Shown here in pieces: positions 54,306 to 64,000 of a stretch of DNA of 64,000 bases. Every line of letters begins with the position of its first letter. Within the stretch, counting starts at the first letter, position 1. The stretch lies in contig JBNJNM010000008.1 in assembly GCA_052426225.1 (NCBI GenBank), positions 868,001 through 932,000 of the forward strand, in the 5' to 3' direction. A program made the position numbers and the translations under genes. The stretch comes from Zancudomyces culisetae HAW-14-8. Its lineage: Eukaryota; Fungi; Kickxellomycota. The notes under the pieces were generated by a model. That model saw only the letters and a program-made list of their open reading frames with translations. It was not told where the DNA came from and did no database searches.

Positions 54306-56364
54306 CTTGTACGTACTACTCTTGCTCTATTTACTATTCTGCTATTCTATTCGGTTTACTTTTCTAGTGATAAAAAAGACCAAAAAATAAGTTATTCTGG
54401 ATAAAGAAACGATATCTTCCTGATATCGAATATGGGTTGTGATTCTTTATATATAAAATCTCTAGAGAATCGGCCAAGCTCATTAACCCTTAAAAGTGAT
54501 ATGGTCTCGGAATTTTTTTTTTTTGCTTTAGAACGTTTTTTTTACGCTACAGCTCCAATGACCATTGAGGATGTATGTGTTCTTTGTAGGAATTTATTAT
54601 CGGTATTTACCATGAGCTGTAAACAAGAACCAAATTCCATCAATACTGAGTGTTTCATTTAGATTTCAAAACCACACCTCTTGAGCTATAGATAGAAAAG
54701 TTGTGGAAAGGCAAGTGCTATTTAATAGCTGGCTTTTCCTTTAGCTAATGCTTCAGCTGAAAGCTACAGATGAGGTAGTAAAAGAGCGGTGATTGGCCAC
54801 CATCTTTCCTCAAAATGGAAGTGGGCTCCCAACTTGACGGCACTCTCATAATTTGGCAACTTGATTATTGACGCATTCCTTTTTACCCAATTGAATTATC
54901 CTTTCAATCTACTTTGTGTAAATATTAATCGTCAGGTATTGGGGATGGCTTTGTTACGCTTTTTATTTTTCTTTTGTCTTTTTACCCCCAAAATAAAAGC
55001 TGTCAATCAAAATAATTGTTTGCGCAGTTAAAGGCAAGGTGGATCATCCATTATTCCACTAAAGTTACGAGAAATGCTGGCTTTTTACCTGTGTCAAATC
55101 ATTGTTAAGAACGATGTAGATTGATTTTCCATTTTCTCCATCTATTTGCTTGAATATGCCATTTATTTGCCATTCTGGCACATCTTTAAAAAATTGCGCG
55201 TGATTTATCTCCAAAGTAGGATATTCAAGCTATATAACATATTACTCGATTCTTATAGCAATTTTTGGGAGCATCCGGATAGAATAATTGGTTGTTTCAC
55301 CCTTTTGCATCATATTTGTGTTTTCACTTTAGCATACATCTATGTTCTCCCTTCTTATTGAACCTATTGACACCCTATTTATTTCTGCTCTACCCCTAAG
55401 TGTTGTTGTTTCGGATTTAATGTATTCTGCAATTACCCAATTGACCTGTCAATTCTTAGGTTTATACAAATTATGTAAAATAGTGTACCAAATCTTGTCG
55501 GCAAGGCATCGAAAACATGTTATGGAGGCTATCTATAACTTAATGGTGTTATAGATCATCACTAGCTACTATTAACCCGATATACACCTTCTGATACACA
55601 ACACAATTTTAAGGGTACTATCCCTTTAACAAACACCATGTTTAGTAGAAAAGAAATGTGGAATGGGAAGAAGGGCTGGTTTTGTGTGAACCAGTTTTAG
55701 AGAGCGCAAGAGGCAAAATCACAACCCGCGTTTATTTAGCTGAATGAAAAGAACCTGTATTATATTGAGTAGTTTTGAACAAATGTAGTACAGGGACACA
55801 AGTAAAACAACAACCACATTTGTTCAAAGAAGCAGTGCAGTATCTCACATGTATTCGATAAACACCAATTCTTCCTATTCCCTGTTTGTTTCCCGCCTCC
55901 GCCGTGCCTATAGTTTTGGATTGTTGACAATTCCCACAAAATATAAACAAGGACATCAATAATCTACGTGCAAATCAATGTATTTTAGTGCGTTTATGCA
56001 CTGGTCTTTGTAATAATGATGGAAATAGATGAATTCGATTATATTCGAACTCGCACTACAAAGAAATCACAATAATATGTCCTTATACATGACCCCCTTG
56101 ACGAGGAATGTCAATATGTGTGTTAATTTCCATATTTATACTTTTCGCTTGGTAGATTCATTATGTACCACATAAAATTGTATTCATATTAATTTGATCC
56201 AATAAGATTTTCGGTTGTACTGAGCAAATGCATCATGCATAAATATATATCACTATTTTAAAAAAAAGACATCGACTTTTTCACTTTAATCAGTTCAAGA
56301 TGGATAAACGAAAAAGGGTTGGATAATAAATTGTTATGAAATGAATTGCGTAATTAAGTAGGAA

Positions 56365-59335
56365 CTAGCAGTAGTTTTGATCATATTTTCCTAATGCCCA
56401 TATAGAAAAAATAAATTTATAGTTTGGGTAGGCAATCATACAGTTTCTGTTGAATACACCCTCAATTCCTTCCTGTAGCCACTCACCATTTGGTTGCTGT
56501 CGATCCATTAAAAGCTACAACAAAATATAAATACATTCATTAGTAACTCGAAGAATGTGTAAATAAGAGAAAGGTAAACTCAGAGCTAAAAAATTGAACA
56601 ATAATATGAGTGCACATATATGTATAGCAAAGGCATATATATACAGCAGAAACCTACCTTTATACCACGTGAAAGTGGCTCTTTTTCAGGATATTTGGCA
56701 GCAATCAATGCTAGTAAAGCAAACGCAGTGTTAACCACCTGCGATCCGTCAGGATGTGGTGAATACACTCCTGTTTCGCAGCTAGCGTAGGATTCACCCC
56801 ACCCTCCATCTTCATTCTGGTGTGATAACAAAAATTCACAAGCCTTTTTCACATTGGTATCGTTTGCGTAAGATTTATCAACATATGACAGGCTGTTTAG
56901 TGCAAACATTGTCGCATAAGTGAAACAGATTCCCCACGAACCAAACCAACTACCATCACTTTTTTGATGGGCGAGTATACTGGCTACTGCTGATGAAATA
57001 ACCCTGTCTATATCTTGGCGCCTATATGTAGGATATTTTGCTTTAAATTCAGAAAGTCCTAATACAACAGAAGTTGTACATTCAGGATAGGTGTACTCTG
57101 TCATTATATCACCAAACACCTCCGCCGCATTTAGCATTTCTAAAGCATGTGGTGCCCTGACTTTTTCGTATGAAGCAAACCCGCCACACGGGTTTTGCAT
57201 GTCCAGCAAAATATCAACACAGTCTTGTAGTCGCTCTTTGCTTATCAACGGCTCAATAAAGTCAAGATTTTGCAGCATAATTGTAGCTTTTAGCGCTTCT
57301 GATGTTGTATCGGACACAGTGTATCCTTGGTCGCGCGTGGAAAAGGGCCATGCTCCCTTGGATTTCTGCCTATAACACCGACCAAAATCACGCGGGTTCT
57401 CCTTTATCTGTGTAACATCAAGGAACTCCAAAGCTTTTACCATACTCTGTCTGTTCTCTTTCATCTCCCCCAGTCCCGTAGAAACTACAGCCTGAACGGC
57501 AAAAGCAGTGTCCCAAAGTTGTGATCCGTTTGTACCACACCCAGCAAGCCCTTCGCGGCACAACCACATCACATCGTCTCTTCTTGCAAGCATTCCCTTG
57601 AACCAAGTGCTATCTTCGCCATGTTCAAAGTACATCACTACCATGTTCACAGCAAAGTTTACAGGCGCAAGGCAGAGATATTTTGTGTTCTCAAGTTCCA
57701 AATGTATTTGTAGGAGTGTTTCCTGGGTTGCCTTTTTTCTCAAGTACGTTGAATGGTATTTTTCGTAGAATGATAGTGCTGAATTAAAAGTTTTCAGTAT
57801 AAAGCTGTTTGGAACGTATCTATCCGCCTCACTAACATTGTCCTTTTGGTTTTTCCAATCAATTTCATCATAGTTTTCAGTATATAGTTCCTAGTTGGAA
57901 ATACAACGTTGAGGCTTTACTTGTGTGTGCTTGTGTATGTATGTATGTATGTATGTATGTATGTATGTATGTATGTATGTATGTATGTGTTTGCATATTT
58001 AAGCTCCGTAAAGAAATAACTTTGCAGGCATAAGAAAAGATCAGTAAATAAGTACAAAAAGCAAAGCAAACTGAAGCCAGTGAGCATGTTGACTTACCTC
58101 CCTCAATGATCTCGTCAGCTTGTTCAGAGGCATAGACCATTTCATTGCGTAAACATGACACATACCCAAAAATACAGCTCTAGTGTGAACCCACCAATTC
58201 CCCGGGTTGAGTGGAATAAGTGAAGGTAATAGCCATGGCTCTGGAGGAACCGGGTTCATCCCCTCCCATTCGTAGACGCCAAGAACACTGAGCCAAAATT
58301 TGCCCCACGAAGCTATTGCCTTTGCCGACCCTTAAACATATAAACATACATAGATACGTATTATCTCTAATATTACGAAGCCACCCCCTCCCTCCCCCAA
58401 AAGTGCTTGTACAGGAAAACATTGGATTCCTAGAGTGTACACCACTAAAAAAAACAACTGCCATTTCCACTTACCTAGCTTGTGAAGTGTGTTTCGCGCC
58501 TTTATCATAACGGGGTGATCTGGTTGTACACCAAGTATTCTTAATGCTACATAGTTCATTGCTGTTCCAAACACAGTAGATTTTCCCTCAAAGTGCCTAA
58601 TTTTGTTTATTTTTTTGTATTCGAAAATTAGTATTTTAACTACCGAGTAGCAATGATTACGCTATTTGCTGGCACCTTCCTTCCATTGATAGCTTTGGAT
58701 TCAATCCATTTACTTGTAGATATGTTCGAGGTGTTCGACAAAGACTAGATATGTTCAAGATAAAAAAAAAGCATAATGTGACAGCGATACCTACAATCCC
58801 CAACCTCCATCATCTGAATGTGCTCTGTTGAAGATATATCTTATCATCTCCGAAATCTGAAACTCACTGAATTTCTGTCCACTAATATAACTTGCTATGA
58901 TTATACCAGGTGTAATAAACATTGGCCCATCATACGCCCCAGCCCAATGTCCATCTTCAGTTTGAAGATTTCTAAAGAATCTGTATCCGTTTACTGCAGC
59001 CTCTCTTGGAGTCTTGGGTGTTTCAAAATTTTCGGAATTCTATTTATTTTTAGGCGTTTTTGTATCTTAACTCCACATTCTAGCTATTACTTTATGATTA
59101 CAAGTGAGGATAGAGACGATTCTATATCTGAAGAATTTTGAAGACTTAATGTAGAATAGATAACATTATTTACATAAGACAAGCCTATCCAATACTTGTC
59201 CACAAAGGTCTGTGGATTTTGGAAATCATCTTGATCTGTTTCTAAGTATGTCCAAACCTGCCGTCCTTCATCGACTCTCAATCTCCATTTTAAGAGATCT
59301 GTCTGATATTCCTCCGCAAATTTGTTCTTATTCAT
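56365..59335 (-). CDS. ERG7: Lanosterol synthase (oxidosqualene cyclase); exons ~59335-59174, 59079-58795, 58596-58475, 58330-58098, 57890-56658, 56514-56365
   Basis: [34 protein letters not shown]|[35 protein letters not shown] repeats ([29 protein letters not shown]), [14 protein letters not shown]. Confidence 0.95.
57933..57988. repeat. (TATG)n microsatellite in an ERG7 intron
   Basis: About 13 tandem TATG units. Confidence 0.95.
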
Positions 59336-59982
59336 TTAATTTTAGTGCTGAGAGCAGTATTGTTTTTTGTTTCTTTTGTTTCTGTCCTTTTTTTTTGAGA
59401 AAAGTTGGTTTACTAAATACTTATTAAGCTCTTGGAGTTAAGTGCGATTAACCTTCAAGCTGAGCTCAAAAAACATTCACATTGCTATTTAATTTAACTG
59501 CATTTAGCTTATTTTGTCAACAAATCTAATTTTTCGGGAATCCCAATAAACATGTGAAAATTATATGACATGATACTGAACTCCCAAATAGTCGGATCCC
59601 TTGGAGACCCAATAATTTTTTTTTTTACAACAAAGGCAAGAGTAAAGGAGATATTATCCTACAAGGTATACAATCAAATAAGGCCACTTTGATTTAAGCA
59701 ACGTGGAGACATGGTAGATTCTCTCTCAAAAAAACCAAACTAGGACAACTATTAGTATTATCGTTTTGCATTGGGTAAAAGAAAGGTTGCATTTTACTAA
59801 TCTATACTACTTCAAGAGCCGCATTGCTATTTCTTTGCTTTTAAAAAATAAATATTATTTCTAGGGAAAAAAGGAAAAACCTTAATATCAAGAACAGGTG
59901 ATAGTCCGGTAAACGTAGCTACAACAGTCGTATATATATATTTTATGTTTGTGTAAAAGCAATTACAAGTACATACCATTTA

Positions 59983-61884
59983 CTATATCCATATGTATCT
60001 TGGTTTCATTTTAAATCTAAGAGCCAAGTATGCGACCAGATAAAAAACAAGTGCAGCGAGAGCCAACATGGAAAAATTAACAGCATACGAAACTCCACCT
60101 AGCCCATAGGCATCTAGCAGCTCTTGTCCTTTATCGGGACATGATTCAAAGGGACCACAATTAGTTTGCACACCCTTAAACTGACTCGTCACTACATTGG
60201 AGTAGGCGTAATATACATAAGAAATGTATCGCAGCCAGCTAAGTGCTGGTGTTAAAAGCTGGAGATTTACTAAATATCCCCCAAACATCACAAACAAGCA
60301 CAAAATCAATGGTGCAATCACGGTCGCAACTTCTACACTTGAGGTTATTGAAGATATAGCTAGTGCAAAACCAAAGGAGCAGATCACTGTCAGTAAGAAC
60401 GTCAGAAGAAAAATCACATATAGCAGTCCGTCTACTCGAAACTTTGCCAAAAAGTAAACGCTGGTTAAGAATATAGTATGCATAACCAATAAGATAGGAA
60501 GTTTTGTGAGCGTTAAGGCTAGTCCAAATGTTGATACTCTATACGTTCCACTTGCCCTTTCCCGATTCATAACAGTTTTTTCCTCAATAAGCATTGGTAG
60601 TATTGGCATCACTACTGCAAATACCTCATTCAGCGTGAGCAAGAATATTAGACCATTCTTATTTTGTATGTTGACAAAGCCACTCACATTGTTAAAATAT
60701 GTAAACCCAATCAGAACCGTTGTTACTACTACGGAAGCAAAAGTAGAGTATATAAACCTCTTATCCCTTAGTTCGCGTCTCCACGATCGTCTAAGCAAAA
60801 ACCCAAGCTCTCTGTGCCATGAATTAACCCATGTTGTCTTATAGCTAGCAAAAAACCCCTCAGTGACCGTTGAAATCCTGTGTTGAATGGCAGTTCTTGC
60901 TCGTTCCATTGAAATCTTTCGAAATAAACCACCACCACTTGTGTCCTCTCTTTGCTTCTGTTCACTCAAAGGTCGTATTGGTTCGTTCTTTTTTTCCAGT
61001 TTGGCTTGATGTTCAAGCCATTTTCTCTTTAGCTCTTCGACCCTGTCTGTTGATGTTTGCAGTCCTTTTTCGGTATTTGTATCGATGGTAATAAGATTGA
61101 TAAAAAAATTTGGCGCGTTTTCGTGTTCAGGGCATGTATACCCAATGGAGGAAAAATATTCCATAGACTTGCTCACTGGTCCATTATAAACTATACCCCC
61201 CGGCGCCAAGATAATTATTTTGTCAAACAATCGGAATACTTTTGAACTGGGCTGATGGATAACAGTTATAGTCGCCAGCTTTTGCCTTTTTGTGATACTT
61301 CTAGCAAGTTTTATCACCATTTCAGCAGAGTTGCTATCTAGTCCTGTGGTGGGTTCATCCATTATTAATATTTTTGGATCAGTAATCAATTCAACGCCAA
61401 TGGAGGTCCTCTTTCTCTCACCACCGCTGACCCCTCGAATCTTATTATCACCCACAAGCGTATCCGCGGCTTTGCTTAGCCTAAGGTTGTTTAGCAATAC
61501 CCTGATCCTTTCTCTCTTCTCTGTTGGCGAATACAACTTTTTGTCCAGCCGGAATTCTGCTGCATACTTTAGCGTTTCTTGTACTGTGAGTGTAGGATGT
61601 AGTATATCGCGTTGCTCGACATATGCAACTTGTTTTTTGAATTTTCCAGGATTTCTTCTTTCACCATCAAATAATATTTCGCCTGTTAATATGCCAGATG
61701 ATATTCGGCCTGCCAATATGTTAATTAATGTCGTCTTTCCAGAACCCGAACTACCAATAATCGCAACTATTTCTCCTGCATTCACTTCTCCACTTACATC
61801 AACCAGTATTTTTTTGATCCCACTTGGGTTACCGCTACTCTTTCCAACGCGGACACTGTAGTTTATATTTTTGAACGTCAGCAT
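59983..61884 (-). CDS. ABCG (White-type) half-size transporter, NBD-TMD; no introns
   Basis: Walker A GSSGSGKTT, signature VSGGERKR, Walker B ILIMDEPTTGLDS, H-loop IHQPS, ABC2 membrane domain with RERASGTY and six TM helices. Confidence 0.95.
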   Translation of the reverse strand: MLTFKNINYSVRVGKSSGNPSGIKKILVDVSGEVNAGEIVAIIGSSGSGKTTLINILAGRISSGILTGEILFDGERRNPGKFKKQVAYVEQRDILHPTLTVQETLKYAAEFRLDKKLYSPTEKRERIRVLLNNLRLSKAADTLVGDNKIRGVSGGERKRTSIGVELITDPKILIMDEPTTGLDSNSAEMVIKLARSITKRQKLATITVIHQPSSKVFRLFDKIIILAPGGIVYNGPVSKSMEYFSSIGYTCPEHENAPNFFINLITIDTNTEKGLQTSTDRVEELKRKWLEHQAKLEKKNEPIRPLSEQKQREDTSGGGLFRKISMERARTAIQHRISTVTEGFFASYKTTWVNSWHRELGFLLRRSWRRELRDKRFIYSTFASVVVTTVLIGFTYFNNVSGFVNIQNKNGLIFLLTLNEVFAVVMPILPMLIEEKTVMNRERASGTYRVSTFGLALTLTKLPILLVMHTIFLTSVYFLAKFRVDGLLYVIFLLTFLLTVICSFGFALAISSITSSVEVATVIAPLILCLFVMFGGYLVNLQLLTPALSWLRYISYVYYAYSNVVTSQFKGVQTNCGPFESCPDKGQELLDAYGLGGVSYAVNFSMLALAALVFYLVAYLALRFKMKPRYIWI

Positions 61885-62964
61885 AGTGATTGAGTATCCA
61901 AATCTATTACTTATACTGCGTTACTTTGTGTTATGCTGAGTTTTATAAAGTAGGTTGCAAAGAGCTTTGTACCAGCCAGAGGCTAGAGATAACAGTTGTG
62001 CTAATGTCTTCCCAGTGTATACAGCAGTGACTGAGAGATTCGAAAGGGCTTAAGTGAAATATTGAGCAATTTATTCTCTCCGGTTCCAACCCAATAATAT
62101 TGGTAATGATATACTAATTTATTCAGGGACTATACCTCTTTAAAATCTGTTTTTATCCAATGTATCTGCGCCTATGTTATATCTAAGCAGGTTCTCTTCT
62201 ATAAAACAAGAAACCCAACTGTCTAGCCCCTCGTTTTCCTTTCTTTTATCATGTATAGTTTAAATATCTGCTGTGTAAATACCCAAAAGTACAACTTTGA
62301 ACAAAAATTATTTATAAGCTGTAATTAGTTTGTAAATTAAACAAATTCAAAAGTAAATATTTATAAGTGAATAACCCTGCCCTACGCAAGTCTTGCTTCC
62401 ATTCACGCACCATAAATAAACCAACATAAATAATACCCCTTCAAGGCCATTTTATCTGTAAAAAAAAGTCGCGTTATTCGAAGAGCTTTAATGTTTTGTT
62501 AATGCACTGTTGGTTATATTACAAAGTCAGCATTCAAAGGGTGAGCTGCACTAGTAGTTGGGCTTGCTTTTAAAGTGTGGTTTTAAAGGTGCATATCTAG
62601 ATTAAACTTATATCCCGCTTTTTTTTTTCACTCGAAAACGCATGTGTTTTTTGTAGTTAATAGTTGTGCAACTAACTCACAATAACCTAGGTGCTGCTTA
62701 ACCAAGTGTGTTGATAGTTCATAATTATAACCAACATCTGCAGGTACCAATTAAACACCAAATAACCCGCATAAATCGCCCTACAAACAATAAAAAAAAA
62801 GAAATAGATAAAAGCTAAATTGACATGCATCTACTACAATTGTTCAGCTCTTTGTTTACAGAAACCAATAAAGTGTAACAAAGGACTAAAATGTTCCTCC
62901 TACCCCCCATAAAAAAAAATTGGCATAATCAAAAACAAGCTGGTCGGTAAATATACATCTGGAT

Positions 62965-63905
62965 TTAAGTACACTTAGTTATGTTTAGGGGTTCGAAAGG
63001 CGTAAAATCGCGCTCAATATCACATATATCCTGAATCAGCGATGTATTAAGTTGGGTATACAAACCTCCATCACCAGTAGAAGCACTTTGGTCATCTTTT
63101 CTTGGTATATTAAACAGCTGACTGTGTGAATACGCTTTTTCAGCAAAGCTTTCGAATTGGGCTACATATTCTTTGTACTCAAGTGCCTCAAAAGTGCTCA
63201 AAGTGGGAATGTGAACGTGTGGAAGATCGTTAAATAACTCACTCCTGTCAAAGGAAACAGATGCTGTATTTTTGACGGATTCTATGTCAAACAAGGTCCA
63301 ATCCGTAGATATTGTTGAGGATTCGGAGTTGTCATCACAGGCCCGACCATGAGTAACCAAATGTGGGTCCAAGCCGCGTTGGTTTTTTGAAAATATCTCT
63401 AGCAGTTCATCTCGAACCAACTCGTGACGTTTTGATTCGGTCAGACTGGCAAGGGGTATGTCAGGGTAGAAGGACTGGTCTGCTGATCGACCTTCAGGAA
63501 TATTAGTAGGTCCCATTGGATGCTTCGTTTTTAGGTAATCCAAACGTACCACATCGAGGTTTGTGTCCAAACCAAAGCGCCTGGCAAAGAAATAGTTAGA
63601 GCTAAACTCCTCAGGAACCAATGTACTTGGGCCAGCCTTTATCAATCCACGAATGTAATTCTGTCTCTTCGAAGGTCTTTTTTCATCGCCGGATTTGGAA
63701 GAAAATGGGCTAGCATTTACATCACCTGAGGCAGGACTATAGTGTGAATTAAAACTAAATCTAGGTGGGCTTATCGAGGCTAGAGAGGTGTATGAGTGTG
63801 GATTATAACATTGGCTCCAAATGTCGACATTTGGATATTTTTGTTCGTAGCCACCTACATGTATGCTTTCAACCCCATCAAACCTGGAGATGTCACTTTT
63901 AGCAC
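62965..63905 (-). CDS. Last exon of a hypothetical protein; the gene starts beyond the window end
   Basis: The frame of ORF 62965-63645 stays open upstream to a CCTAG acceptor near 63906 (AKSDISRFDGVESIHVGG...). No domain recognised. Confidence 0.6.
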
Positions 63906-64000
63906 TAGGATAAATGTAAAGATATCATGTAGATCAGTTAAACATATGCGTATACAAAATATATGTAAAATAAGTAAGGAAAGTAAGTTACGTTTTTGAA

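Noticed and set aside
1-64000. Selenoprotein, tRNA-Sec or SECIS elements (known in some early-diverging fungi); tRNAs and snRNAs
   Set aside because: No gene model needs an in-frame TGA, and I saw no cloverleaf or snRNA consensus by eye. The GGTTCGA hits at ~18129 and ~28647 lack tRNA structure. tRNAscan-SE and Infernal would be needed to exclude them formally.

Overview
AT-rich eukaryotic genomic DNA with short spliceosomal introns and the standard genetic code. Protein sequences and intron style point to an early-diverging fungus. My best guess is Kickxellomycotina/Harpellales-like insect gut fungi, which is an inference I cannot confirm here. The window holds about 19 protein genes: a UDP-GlcNAc transporter, ATG27, a SCYL1/CEX1 pseudokinase, a small unknown gene, a BRPF/NTO1 chromatin scaffold, a bacterial-type mitochondrial AlaRS, MRPL32, an Mba1/mL45 Tim44-like protein, cytosolic IleRS, a Ran1/SKS1-family kinase, a Vps39/Vps3-family protein, PRP16, an intron-rich kinesin-12-like motor, a large secreted YPPAPTTT-repeat protein, a CBM18-GH16 Crh transglycosylase, lanosterol synthase, an ABCG half-transporter and the last exon of an unknown gene. 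I recognised no tRNA, rRNA, CRISPR or transposon. Four signals stand out. (1) A secreted Tyr/Pro/Thr repeat protein (~70 units) sits tail-to-tail with a chitin-binding GH16 cross-linker, a candidate adhesive or holdfast module. (2) A saw-tooth G/C and purine/pyrimidine skew flips inside most long genes, resets in intergenic gaps and reshapes codon use, amino-acid composition and 3' splice sites. (3) A compact block of mostly mitochondrial translation genes includes a bacterial-type AlaRS. (4) ERG7 lies directly downstream of an ABCG transporter. Exon boundaries and base counts were read by hand.
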